Shown: positions 1 to 9,731 of the stretch, in pieces
Numbering within the stretch: position 1 is the first letter of the stretch
How the letters are laid out: the number at the start of each line of letters is the position of its first letter
DNA from: Candidatus Entotheonellaceae bacterium
GTDB lineage: Bacteria; Tectomicrobia; Entotheonellia; Entotheonellales; Entotheonellaceae
Assembly: GCA_965238075.1 (NCBI GenBank)
Contig: OZ250173.1
Span: 2,784,001-2,848,000 of the forward strand
Length of the DNA stretch: 64,000 bases
Direction: 5' to 3'
Made by a program: the position numbers and the translations under genes
Notes under the pieces: model-generated
What the model was told of the DNA's origin: nothing
The model's database searches: none
Seen by the model: the letters and a program-made list of their open reading frames with translations, nothing else

Positions 1-585
1 CGAGGTGCCACGACCCACGACCTGCAGCAACCGCTGGTTGGGAATGGTGATCAGTGTGTCTGCCGTGTTGCGCAGTGCGCGCACGCCCTCCTCGGCCTGC
101 GTTTTGCGCGTCTTACCCTCGAAATCAAACGGTTTGGTGATGACCGCGACCGCCAAGCAACCCAGTTCCTTGGCAACTTTGGCGATAATCGGCGCTGCGC
201 CCGTGCCGGTGCCGCCACCCATGCCGGCGGTAATAAACACCATGTCGGTACCGGCCAGATGGTCGCTGATTTCCCGATGGCTTTCCTCTGCGGAGCGGCG
301 GCCGACTTCGGGATCTGCGCCAGCGCCCAGGCCCTTGGTCAATTCCGACCCGATTTGCAGCTTGGTCGATGCCAAGGTGGCCTCGAGCGCCTGCAGATCG
401 GTATTCGCGGTAATAAATTCAACGCCTCCACTGCGTTCCTCGATCATGTTGTCTACGGCGTTGCCGCCTGCACCGCCCACGCCGATGACCTTAATCGACG
501 TCACGCCGTTATGTGCGCGTTCGGCAAGGTGAATACGGTTGTTTTCGTCCCCAGACACATCGGCCAATGACAAACGATTCTCCAT
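1..585 (-). CDS. ftsZ: Cell division protein FtsZ, N-terminal part (runs off the window)
   Basis: Manual translation from ATG at 585: [23 protein letters not shown] tubulin signature, [12 protein letters not shown]. Follows ftsA. Absent from the ORF track because there is no stop in the window. Confidence 0.97.
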   Translation of the reverse strand, partial: MENRLSLADVSGDENNRIHLAERAHNGVTSIKVIGVGGAGGNAVDNMIEERSGGVEFITANTDLQALEATLASTKLQIGSELTKGLGAGADPEVGRRSAEESHREISDHLAGTDMVFITAGMGGGTGTGAAPIIAKVAKELGCLAVAVITKPFDFEGKTRKTQAEEGVRALRNTADTLITIPNQRLLQVVGRGTS

Positions 586-606
586 CTCTCTCCGCCCCCT
601 TCTGCT

Positions 607-1845
607 TTATGAAACGAAGTCAGTGAACCAATCGCGCACGCGATGGTAGAACCTGCTGAACAGACCTTGCCCCGCGAACTGGTGTAAACGACCCTGTTGC
701 TGTCTAGCCGCAAATAACAACAAGCCCACACTCGTGGCATTCACGGGGTTCTTTACAATTTCCGTCAGCCCCTCGATGCCATTGGGAATACCACACCGAA
801 CTGGCACCTGAAACACCTCCTCTGCCAGTTCCACGACGCCCTCCAACGACGCCGTCCCGCCCGTCAGAATGACGCACGAAATCATGTCAGCATCGTAGCC
901 GCTGTCATTGATCTCGCTTAGGACCATCTGCAAAATCTCCTCAGCCCGTGGTTCGATGATCTCGCAGATGTCGAGCCGCCGCATACGCTCGGTCTCGTAA
1001 TTGCCGTTGAAACTGACCTCCACCACGTCGCGGTCATTGACGAGCGGGAGGTATGCGCAGCCGTGGGCTTTCTTGATCTGTTCGGCATCCGGCACGGAGG
1101 TATTCAGCCCGATAGCCAGATCTTTGGTAATGTGCGCGCCGCCGACACCCAGAACCGTCGTGAATTTCAGGCTGCCGTCTGAAATCAGCGCGATGTTGGT
1201 GCTACCGCCGCCGATGTCGATAAGCAGCACCTCCGCGTCGCGTTCATCGGCATTCAAGGTCGCCTCACTGACGGCTAGCTGCTCCAGCACAATGTCCTCG
1301 ACTTCGAATCCGGCCTTGTTGACACATTTGATGACGTTGTTGGCCGCAGCCATGGTGACGGTGACAATATGGACTTTCGCCTCCAGGCGGGTAGCGGACA
1401 TTCCGAGAGGCGGTTCCAGAATGCCGCCTTGGTCGTCCACGACAAACTCTTGCGGCAAGACATGAATGATCTCGCGATCCTCCGGCAGTGCCACGACCCG
1501 CGCCGCCTCGATGACCCGCTCAATCTCGCGCCCGGTAATTTCCTGGTTCTTCACGGCGATGATGCCGGCGCTGTTGATGCCGCTGATGTGCGGACCGGCA
1601 AGACTCACGTAGACGGAGTCAACCTCGACACCGGCCATGATCTGGGCTTCTTCGACGGCTTTGCCGATGGCCTCCACGGTCCTATCCATATGGGCCACGA
1701 CACCCTTCTGGAGCCCGCTGCAAAGATGGGAGCCGATACCGATCACGTCGATCATTCCATCGTCTTGGGTTTCTCCGATGATGGCCGAAATTTTGGTGGT
1801 CCCCATATCCAGACCAACTACAATGTTGCGTGCCTTGCGGCCCAT
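607..1845 (-). CDS. ftsA: Cell division protein FtsA
   Basis: VGLDMGTTK, DIGGGST and LTGG actin-fold motifs; amphipathic C-terminus; dcw position. Confidence 0.97.
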   Translation of the reverse strand: MGRKARNIVVGLDMGTTKISAIIGETQDDGMIDVIGIGSHLCSGLQKGVVAHMDRTVEAIGKAVEEAQIMAGVEVDSVYVSLAGPHISGINSAGIIAVKNQEITGREIERVIEAARVVALPEDREIIHVLPQEFVVDDQGGILEPPLGMSATRLEAKVHIVTVTMAAANNVIKCVNKAGFEVEDIVLEQLAVSEATLNADERDAEVLLIDIGGGSTNIALISDGSLKFTTVLGVGGAHITKDLAIGLNTSVPDAEQIKKAHGCAYLPLVNDRDVVEVSFNGNYETERMRRLDICEIIEPRAEEILQMVLSEINDSGYDADMISCVILTGGTASLEGVVELAEEVFQVPVRCGIPNGIEGLTEIVKNPVNATSVGLLLFAARQQQGRLHQFAGQGLFSRFYHRVRDWFTDFVS

Positions 1846-1863
1846 AGTGCTCCTCCCAACGCG

Positions 1864-2679
1864 TCAGCCTTTGGGTATGACGATAATCCTATTTCGATAT
1901 GAAAGATCAATGGCCTGTACTGCGAGCCCTTGATGGGCAATGTAGGTCAAGACGTGCGGTAGGCGCCCCAGTTGGGAGACGATCTGCCCCTCACCAAAAC
2001 GCAGTTGGAACGTGTACGGTTCTATCTTCCACACCGAGGCGCCCGAGGCCGAGACGGAGAGTTTCCGGAGGCGCATGGTGGCATTCAATGGGGATTTCCG
2101 GTAGGTGTGTAGCAATTCAAAGGCGCGTTCAATCTCCTTCAGGTCCAGGCGCATACCGGGCGACAAGACGTGCTGTTGATTCAAAACCAGCTCCGGTAGG
2201 GCGCCATCCTCTTCGGGATCGAAGTCGCGTAGGACGTGCCCTTCGGTATCTACGATCAGGCTCTGCCCGCGCAAGCGTATGACAAGGGCAGGGGACTGCT
2301 CCCGAATGGTAACCTCCAGCGTGTCGGGTAGGAGGCGGCGCAAGGCTACCGTTTGGATAAATGGATGGCCGGATAAGCGCGTTCCGAGCCGTGGCAAATC
2401 GATTGCCAGCAGCGAATGATCGGCCGGAATGGCGAGAAGATAGCGAATGTGTTGCTCCGAGAGCGTTTTGTTACCGGTGATTCGAATGGTCCGCAGCTTG
2501 AAATAATCGGCCTGTACGACACGTTCCCACACGCCGTACGCGCCCCATGCCAACACCGCACACAGTGTCAGTCCCACCAAGCATTTGCCTAGGAAGAACG
2601 TTCTGCGCAGCCAGCGCCTGGCACGCAGTTGTCGGCGTTGTGCTTGATGCAGCGCGTTGCTGATGGCGGCTAGTGGCAT
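1864..2679 (-). CDS. ftsQ: Cell division protein FtsQ/DivIB
   Basis: Basic N-terminus, single TM, POTRA-like segment, C-terminal IDLSY; directly upstream of ftsA. Confidence 0.9.
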   Translation of the reverse strand: MPLAAISNALHQAQRRQLRARRWLRRTFFLGKCLVGLTLCAVLAWGAYGVWERVVQADYFKLRTIRITGNKTLSEQHIRYLLAIPADHSLLAIDLPRLGTRLSGHPFIQTVALRRLLPDTLEVTIREQSPALVIRLRGQSLIVDTEGHVLRDFDPEEDGALPELVLNQQHVLSPGMRLDLKEIERAFELLHTYRKSPLNATMRLRKLSVSASGASVWKIEPYTFQLRFGEGQIVSQLGRLPHVLTYIAHQGLAVQAIDLSYRNRIIVIPKG

Positions 2680-2682
2680 GTC

Positions 2683-3624
2683 TTAGCCCTTCTCCCCGAC
2701 GATGCGCACTTCCCTGGTCAGTGAGATGTCATACGCTTCCTGAACGCGGTCCCGGATATAAGCGATTAAGGTTTCGACATCGGCAGCCGTAGCGCGGGCA
2801 ACGTTAATAATGAAATTGGCGTGCACTAGCGAGACTTGCGCACCGCCGATTCGGGTGCCCTTCAATCTCAGGCGTTCGATCAAATACCCGGCAGCCCGCC
2901 CGTGGGGGTTTGTGAAGGTAGAGCCGGCGCTGGGCAATGTAAGGGGTTGCGTCTGGCGCCGCCGCTTGTATGCTCCGCGCATGGTCGAGTTGACGGCTGA
3001 TGCGTCGCCGCGCTGAAGCCGTAGGGTCGTTTCCAACAGGATGGCCCCCGGCGGATACGAGGAGGCCCGATAGCGCAATCCCAAGGCACTGGCCGGCAAG
3101 TTGTATACGTTGCCGTCTCGACACAACATACGCGCGGCTACCAAGGTGCCACTCATGTCTCCGAGGCTGGTGCCGGCGTTCATCACCATGGCCCCGCCAA
3201 TCGTCCCCGGTATTCCGTAGGCAAATTCCAGGCCGCTCCAACCACGCCTGCCTACTTGCATCGCCAAGCGCGACAACGAGTAGCCGGCGCCCACTTTCAC
3301 GACCGCCGTCTCGCCGTCGGCATTGGGTTGCAGATCATAGCTACGGAATGCGCCGCGCATCAGCAACATGATACCACGGATGCCGGCGTCACGTATCAGC
3401 GTATTGGAGCCGCCGCCGAGGACGGAAAGCGGAATTTCATGCCGGTTGGCTATGGCCAGCACCTGTCGGAACATTTCAAGGTTGTCGATCTGTACCAACG
3501 CGTCCACAGGGCCGCCGACTCGTAGCGAGGTGTAGGGGGCCAAGGGACACCCAAAGGCCATGCGCGCCGGGATATCGCGCAGAAGCTCCGGGAGATTCCA
3601 TTGCGGTGCCTGTGCCGGCCCCAT
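2683..3624 (-). CDS. murB: UDP-N-acetylmuramate dehydrogenase
   Basis: GGGSN, GIPGTIGGA..MNAG, PSAGSTF, HANFI; start set at ATG 3624 just after the murC stop. Confidence 0.95.
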   Translation of the reverse strand: MGPAQAPQWNLPELLRDIPARMAFGCPLAPYTSLRVGGPVDALVQIDNLEMFRQVLAIANRHEIPLSVLGGGSNTLIRDAGIRGIMLLMRGAFRSYDLQPNADGETAVVKVGAGYSLSRLAMQVGRRGWSGLEFAYGIPGTIGGAMVMNAGTSLGDMSGTLVAARMLCRDGNVYNLPASALGLRYRASSYPPGAILLETTLRLQRGDASAVNSTMRGAYKRRRQTQPLTLPSAGSTFTNPHGRAAGYLIERLRLKGTRIGGAQVSLVHANFIINVARATAADVETLIAYIRDRVQEAYDISLTREVRIVGEKG

Positions 3625-3625
3625 C

Positions 3626-5011
3626 CTATGCCTTTCCCGTCCGCAGGAATTCCTCGGCAACTTTCCATACGTCGCCCGCGCCGAGGGTCAAAAGCACGTC
3701 GTGCTTTCGTGCGTAACCATTCAGAAATGGCACCACCTGAGAGGCATCGTTGAGGTAATACACGTTCTTTTGTCCGTGTGCGGTGACGCCTTTGTATAAG
3801 ACGCCGGTCGTGACACCCGGAATAGGTTCTTCACCGGCGCCATAGATGTCCAACATGATGAGCGCATCGGCCTCGCTGAATGCCATGCTGAATTCCCGCT
3901 GTAACAGGTGCGTTCGAGTGTATCGGTGCGGTTGAAATACCACGACGAGACGTCTGTGCGGCCACACCGTTTTGGCAGTCCTGAGCGTGTGGCGGATTTC
4001 CTCGGGATGATGACCGTAGTCATCGACGACCGTTACGCCATAGCATTCGCCGCGCGTTTCAAAACGCCGCTGCACGCCGCCAAAACTTTCGAGTGCACTT
4101 GAAATAGCCGATTTAGACAGCCCTAACTCGCAACCTACTGTTATCGCTGCCAAAGCGTTAGAGACATTATGACGTCCTGGAAGGTTAAGGGTGAAGCGGC
4201 CTAACGACGAGTCTTTCCTGACAACCTCAAAAAACATTTGCAGCCCTGCATTGTATATGTTTTGGGCCATGTAGTCAGCAGAATTATTCAACCCGTAGGT
4301 CATCACAGGAGCCTTCATTTCGTAATCATTGACTAGTTCTTTTAAATTTTCGTTATCATTGCATATTATATTTAATCCATGATAAGAGACATTATTCATA
4401 AATTTCTTGAAGTATTGGCTTATATCTTCAAGATTTTCGTAATGATCAGGGTGCTCCAGGTCCAGCGTTGTAATGACATTCATAACCGGCGGTAACAGAA
4501 GGAATGACCCGTCACTTTCATCAGCCTCGGCAACCACGTAATCGCCCTGACCGAGCTTCCCGTTGCTCCCCAGGCTCTTCAGTCGCCCCCCGATCAGCAC
4601 GGTAGGGTCCAGACCTCCAGACTCCAGAACCGTTGCGATCAAAGATGCCGTTGTTGTTTTTCCATGCGTGCCGGCAACGGCAATACCCTGTCTGCCGCGC
4701 ATCAGTTCCGCCAGCATCGCCGCCCGCGGAATGACCAGGGTATCTTGCGCGTGCGCCGCGGTCACTTCGACGTTGTCCGGCGATATGGCAGAGGAAACCA
4801 CCACAATGTCGCATCCCGAGATATGAGACGCCGCATGGCCCTGGAACACCGTGGCGCCCCCATCCTGCAGCTCATGTGTTACATCGGACAGGGCTATGTC
4901 TGATCCGCTGATGGTGTAGCCGAGTTGAAGCAGGACGGTGGCGATGGCACTCATGCCCATACCGCCGATGCCAACGAAATGAATGTGGCACGCTTTACAT
5001 AACATAGACAT
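3626..5011 (-). CDS. murC: UDP-N-acetylmuramate--L-alanine ligase
   Basis: HFVGIGGMGMS, GTHGKTTT, EADESDGSF, DDYGHHP, FQPHRYTR. Confidence 0.97.
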   Translation of the reverse strand: MSMLCKACHIHFVGIGGMGMSAIATVLLQLGYTISGSDIALSDVTHELQDGGATVFQGHAASHISGCDIVVVSSAISPDNVEVTAAHAQDTLVIPRAAMLAELMRGRQGIAVAGTHGKTTTASLIATVLESGGLDPTVLIGGRLKSLGSNGKLGQGDYVVAEADESDGSFLLLPPVMNVITTLDLEHPDHYENLEDISQYFKKFMNNVSYHGLNIICNDNENLKELVNDYEMKAPVMTYGLNNSADYMAQNIYNAGLQMFFEVVRKDSSLGRFTLNLPGRHNVSNALAAITVGCELGLSKSAISSALESFGGVQRRFETRGECYGVTVVDDYGHHPEEIRHTLRTAKTVWPHRRLVVVFQPHRYTRTHLLQREFSMAFSEADALIMLDIYGAGEEPIPGVTTGVLYKGVTAHGQKNVYYLNDASQVVPFLNGYARKHDVLLTLGAGDVWKVAEEFLRTGKA

Positions 5012-5014
5012 CTC

Positions 5015-6133
5015 TCACGCCACGGAAGCGTCGAGCATTTGCAGACACGCGCTGACGATATCGTGAGCCGCGTGCGGACGCCCGAGGCTGCGACTCTGCG
5101 CTGCCTGTTCTCTCAGGCTTGCCGGATCAAGAATGTACGGTCGCAAGTGTTCATAGAGCCACCGTCCGGTCAGCTCCACATCGAGAATGACGTGCGCCGC
5201 GCCGCGTTCTCGCAACGCCAGGGCGTTGTGGCGTTGATGATCGTCGGCGGCATGGGGATAAGGCACCAGAATGGCAGGTTTGCCGCAAGCTGTCAGCTCC
5301 GCCAGCGTGCTGGCACCGGCCCGGCACAGTACAAGATGAGCCCAGCGATAGCGTTCTGGCATGTCGTGCAGGAAAGCGTGGACCTCTGCCGTGATACCAC
5401 TTCCTTGGTATGCCTCGGTGACGCGGAGCAAGTCGGTTTCACCCGTTTGGTGTACGAAACTGACTCGCTGTCTGTGTGTCTCTAGTAAAGGCAACGCCTC
5501 TATAACAGCCTGATTGAGCCGATGGGCGCCCTGGCTGCCGCCCACCACAAGGATGTTGAGACGGGTCGTGTCGTCGGGTGCCGTATCCGACGTCTGGGCG
5601 ATAATTTCGGGGCGGATCGGCGTGCCGGTACATACAACCTGTGGCTCCGGCAGAAAATCGCTGCTCTCCGGGAAGGCTGTAAACACCCGCTGGGCGTATC
5701 GTGCCAGGACGCGCACGGTGAGGCCGGGCACGAGGTTCTGCTCCATGATGACCCGCGGCAGACGCAGCAGCGCCGCAGCCAGCAGGGCAGGTGCCATGAC
5801 GTAGCCGCCGGCCCCGATAACCAGGTGAGGTCGCCAGCGGTGCAACAGCCGGAGAGCCTGCAGCGTGCCAATACTCAGCACACCCAAGGATCGGAGCTGG
5901 GCCAGTTTCGTGCGGCCTTGCAAGCTCTGTACGTTTACCGTGTACAAAGGGAAACCTTCTCCGGGCACCAAGCGCTCCTCCAGTCCACCTCGCCGCCCCA
6001 AAAAGGCGACGTCGGTGCCGGGGCAAGCGGCCTGAAAACACCGGGCCACGGCAATGCCCGGATAAAGGTGTCCGCCGGTTCCTCCGGCAGCCACCATAAT
6101 TCGCCATCCCGGCTGACCCGGCATAGGCGCCAT
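5015..6133 (-). CDS. murG: Undecaprenyldiphospho-muramoylpentapeptide beta-N-acetylglucosaminyltransferase
   Basis: GGTGGH, GGSQGA, RAGAST, DDHQ..NA. Confidence 0.97.
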   Translation of the reverse strand: MAPMPGQPGWRIMVAAGGTGGHLYPGIAVARCFQAACPGTDVAFLGRRGGLEERLVPGEGFPLYTVNVQSLQGRTKLAQLRSLGVLSIGTLQALRLLHRWRPHLVIGAGGYVMAPALLAAALLRLPRVIMEQNLVPGLTVRVLARYAQRVFTAFPESSDFLPEPQVVCTGTPIRPEIIAQTSDTAPDDTTRLNILVVGGSQGAHRLNQAVIEALPLLETHRQRVSFVHQTGETDLLRVTEAYQGSGITAEVHAFLHDMPERYRWAHLVLCRAGASTLAELTACGKPAILVPYPHAADDHQRHNALALRERGAAHVILDVELTGRWLYEHLRPYILDPASLREQAAQSRSLGRPHAAHDIVSACLQMLDASVA

Positions 6134-7221
6134 TACGTTTTCCTTCCGGCGATGTTCAGCATGGTTCCCACAGCAAGCATTGAGACAAGAAGATTCGATC
6201 CGCCGTGACTGATGAATGGCAGCGGCATGCCCTTGGTTGGCAGCAGACCGCTAACTACCCCCAGATTTATGGTGACCTGCAGGGCCAGGGAGATGAAGAT
6301 GCCAAGTCCCAAATAGCTGCCGAAGGGCTCGTTGCACTTCACGGCGATGTTCAGGATGCGCCACAGCAGCACGGCAAACAGCGCGATGAGTGCAAAGGCG
6401 CCGATCAGGCCCATCTCTTCACCGATAATCGCGAAGATAAAGTCGGTATGCGATTCGGGCAGATAGAACAGTTTTTGCTGACTCTGTCCCAGCCCAACGC
6501 CGGCCCAACCTCCTCTCCCTAGAGCCTTGTGAGCCTGGACGATCTGATAACCGCTACCTTGCGGGTCCTTCCATGGCTGGAGGAAGGCCAACACACGGTT
6601 GAGGTTGTAGCCGGCGAAAAACAATTTGTACCAGAGGAATGGCAACATCCCGGCGGCCGTGAGCGCCAGGTATCGCCATGGAACGCCGGCAATAAGCAGT
6701 ATTAAGCCAGCGGACGCCACCAGAACGACCGCGGTGCCCAGATCCGGCTGCAGCATGACCAGGCCAAAGACGATGCCCATCATGATGACATTGGGAAGGT
6801 AAGTATGAACGAGGCTCTCCGGACGGTGTGAATTGGCCGCTAAAATGCGGGCCACGTACATGATCAGGACGTACTTGGCGAGTTCCGATGGCTGAAAGGA
6901 GAAGGGGCCGAGAACCAGCCAGCGTTGAGCGCCGCCAACTTTCTTGCCAGCCACCAAAACAACGACCAACAGCAGCAGCACAAAGCCCGCGGCCGGCAGC
7001 GCCAAGCGCCGTTGCACCGGATACGGAACCGAAGCCGCTATCCACATTGCCACCAATCCCAGGCCGGACCACATCAACTGGCGCTTCAGGAAGTACAGGG
7101 AATCGTCATAACGGTCTTGCGCCATGATGGCGCTTGTGCTGTAAAGCATTCCCAAGCCGACCGTGACCAGGACGAGGGTCACGACGAGTAGGGGCAGGTC
7201 GGTGCGTCGTGCTGAGAACAT
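6133..7221 (-). CDS. ftsW: SEDS-family peptidoglycan polymerase FtsW
   Basis: FQPSELAK, QPDLGT, LPESHTDFIF, LPFISHGGS; multi-TM. Confidence 0.96.
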   Translation of the reverse strand: MFSARRTDLPLLVVTLVLVTVGLGMLYSTSAIMAQDRYDDSLYFLKRQLMWSGLGLVAMWIAASVPYPVQRRLALPAAGFVLLLLVVVLVAGKKVGGAQRWLVLGPFSFQPSELAKYVLIMYVARILAANSHRPESLVHTYLPNVIMMGIVFGLVMLQPDLGTAVVLVASAGLILLIAGVPWRYLALTAAGMLPFLWYKLFFAGYNLNRVLAFLQPWKDPQGSGYQIVQAHKALGRGGWAGVGLGQSQQKLFYLPESHTDFIFAIIGEEMGLIGAFALIALFAVLLWRILNIAVKCNEPFGSYLGLGIFISLALQVTINLGVVSGLLPTKGMPLPFISHGGSNLLVSMLAVGTMLNIAGRKT

Positions 7222-7228
7222 AGACGGT

Positions 7229-8314
7229 TTACCGGAGCTTCAGGGTGCTGAGACTGAGCAGGGCCAAGGCGATGGCGATGATCCAGAATCGGACGATGAC
7301 TTTTGGTTCCTGCCATCCCTTTTCTTCAAAGTGATGATGCAAGGGAGCCATGCGGAACACACGCTTTCCCGTCAACTTGAACGACACCACTTGCACGATG
7401 ACCGACAGGGTCTCGATGACGAAAAGGCCGCCAATGATCATTAAGAGGAGTTCGTGTTTGGCCAGCACCGCAATCATTCCCAAAGCGCCGCCAAGAGATA
7501 GGGAGCCCACGTCGCCCATGAAAACCTGGGCGGGATACGAATTAAACCACAGGAAACCCAGGCTAGCGCCAAGCAAGGAACCGCAGAATACGGCAACCTC
7601 GCCGGCACCGGGTACGTGCAGGATATTCAGGTATTCGGCAAAACGTGCATTTCCCGCCACATAGGAAAGACCCGTGTAGGCGAGGGTGGCAATAATCACG
7701 GGCCCGATGGCCAAGCCGTCCAAGCCGTCGGTGAGGTTGACGGCGTTGCTGGTGCCGACGATGACCATGATAGCAAATGGGATGTACCACCAGCCAAGAT
7801 CGGGCGTGAGCTCCTTGAAGAACGGCACGCTCAGGCGTGTCACGCCGCTGCGGTCTTCCGCAATGAGCAGGAGCACCAGCACCATGACGCCTGCCACGAC
7901 GATTTCCGCGCCGAATTTATATTTTGCCGGCAGGCCGGCGGGGCTTTTCCGCACGGTTTTCAGGTAATCATCCCAGAAGCCGATGGCGCCGAAGCACAAA
8001 GTCGTGCTCAGCACCAACCAGACGTAAGGCTTGCCCAGGTTGCCCCATAACAGGGTCGACACACCAAGTGCGGCAAGGAGAAGCACGCCGCCCATCGTCG
8101 GCGTGCCGGCCTTGCTGAGGTGAGACTGCGGACCGTCGTCGCGCACCACCTGCCCCACCTGCAGGTTACGCAACAGCCGGATGACGTACGGACCGATCAG
8201 CCAACTGATGATCAGGGCGGTCATGATGGCATAGGCGGTGCGAAAGGTGATGTAGCGGAAGACGTTAAACGCGGTGAAGGTTTGATGCAGCGGGTACAGG
8301 ACATGGTAGAACAT
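7229..8314 (-). CDS. mraY: Phospho-N-acetylmuramoyl-pentapeptide transferase
   Basis: [36 protein letters not shown]. Confidence 0.98.
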   Translation of the reverse strand: MFYHVLYPLHQTFTAFNVFRYITFRTAYAIMTALIISWLIGPYVIRLLRNLQVGQVVRDDGPQSHLSKAGTPTMGGVLLLAALGVSTLLWGNLGKPYVWLVLSTTLCFGAIGFWDDYLKTVRKSPAGLPAKYKFGAEIVVAGVMVLVLLLIAEDRSGVTRLSVPFFKELTPDLGWWYIPFAIMVIVGTSNAVNLTDGLDGLAIGPVIIATLAYTGLSYVAGNARFAEYLNILHVPGAGEVAVFCGSLLGASLGFLWFNSYPAQVFMGDVGSLSLGGALGMIAVLAKHELLLMIIGGLFVIETLSVIVQVVSFKLTGKRVFRMAPLHHHFEEKGWQEPKVIVRFWIIAIALALLSLSTLKLR

Positions 8315-9729
8315 CAAGACCCTCCCGGCTCTGCAACAAGGGCTTCAACGAGGTGCTCCATCGCCATGCCGCGCGATCCTTTGAGCAGTACCACGTCCTG
8401 GGGTTGCATCAGTTCGGCCAACAGGTTCAGAACGTCTTGCTGGCTGGTGGTATGGTGGATGCGGGCGTGCTCCATCCCGGCTTGATGGGCGCCGCGGGCG
8501 ATGTGTTCAGCCGCTGGACCCAGAGCGATCAGGGTATGCACATTGGTTTGCGAGACCAGGGAGCCGACCTCTTGATGGAATGCCGGACCGCCATCTCCGA
8601 GTTCCAGCATATCGCCCAGCACTGCGATGTGACGTCCGGTACCGGGAACCCCGGCGAGAAAGTTCAGGGCTACCTGCATGGATTGCGGATTGGCATTGTA
8701 GGTATCGTCGATTAGCCACACGCCCTCCTGTCCGCGGCGCATGGCCAGGCGTCCGTAAACGCCCCGATAATGTTGTAAACCCCAGACGATACGCTGCTTT
8801 GGCACCTCAAAGGCCATGCCGACAGCCGCCGCCGCCAGCGCGTTCATAATTTGGTGCGCCCCCGGTACCTGAAGCCTGAATTCTTGCGTTCCGTCGTCCA
8901 GGACCACACAACACCGCGTGCCGGCAAGGCCCAGATTCTCTTGCACCCATCCACGCACATCGGCGTGCTGCGTTTGTCCAAAGGTTATCAAGCGCCCCGC
9001 CGATTGCTGTCCCAAGGCCAAGGCCTTCGGGTCGTCGGCATTGACAATCGCCACGCCTGACGCGTCAAGCGACGTCGTCAGTTCGCCTTTGGCCTGTTGA
9101 ATGGCCTCAACAGAGCCCAGGCAGCCGAGGTGGGCAAGACCGATATTCGTGATGACGCCAACATCCGGCTGGACGATCTCGCACAGACGACTGATTTCGC
9201 CCAAATGATTCATGCCAAGTTCGAGCACCATGGCGCGTTTCAGTACGTCCAGATCCAGCACGGCAAGGGGTACGCCGATATGGTTATTCAGATTGCCGCT
9301 TGCCTTGTGGGTGGAGAACCAAGTCTGCAGAACGCTGGCGATCATCTCCTTGACGGTGGTTTTGCCGTTGCTTCCGGTCACGGCCACCACCGAGCCCTGA
9401 AACCGTTGCCGGTGGGCGAGAGCAAGATCCTGCAACGCCTTTTCCGTGTCCGCGACGCAAATCACAGCCGGGACCGCCCCGTTCTCGCTCAGCGCCGCTT
9501 CGTTGAGGCAGGCCGTATTGGAAACCAGGACGCCAGTGGCGCCGCGTTGTATGGCGTCGGGCACGAAGCGATGCCCATCGAATCGCTCCCCGCGCAGCGC
9601 GACAAACACGTTGCCGGCCTGCACCGTTCGGGAATCGGTGCTGATGCCGCACACGTCTTGTCGTTCGTCGCCGCGGAGGAGGGTGCCATGCGCCCAGTGC
9701 GCGAGGTCGGCAACACGCCATGTCGGCAT
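8314..9729 (-). CDS. murF: UDP-N-acetylmuramoyl-tripeptide--D-alanyl-D-alanine ligase
   Basis: [35 protein letters not shown]. Confidence 0.97.
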   Translation of the reverse strand: MPTWRVADLAHWAHGTLLRGDERQDVCGISTDSRTVQAGNVFVALRGERFDGHRFVPDAIQRGATGVLVSNTACLNEAALSENGAVPAVICVADTEKALQDLALAHRQRFQGSVVAVTGSNGKTTVKEMIASVLQTWFSTHKASGNLNNHIGVPLAVLDLDVLKRAMVLELGMNHLGEISRLCEIVQPDVGVITNIGLAHLGCLGSVEAIQQAKGELTTSLDASGVAIVNADDPKALALGQQSAGRLITFGQTQHADVRGWVQENLGLAGTRCCVVLDDGTQEFRLQVPGAHQIMNALAAAAVGMAFEVPKQRIVWGLQHYRGVYGRLAMRRGQEGVWLIDDTYNANPQSMQVALNFLAGVPGTGRHIAVLGDMLELGDGGPAFHQEVGSLVSQTNVHTLIALGPAAEHIARGAHQAGMEHARIHHTTSQQDVLNLLAELMQPQDVVLLKGSRGMAMEHLVEALVAEPGGS

Positions 9730-9731
9730 AA

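Noticed and set aside
4321-4440. AT-rich patch as a replication origin
   Set aside because: No DnaA boxes seen and it lies within an essential CDS
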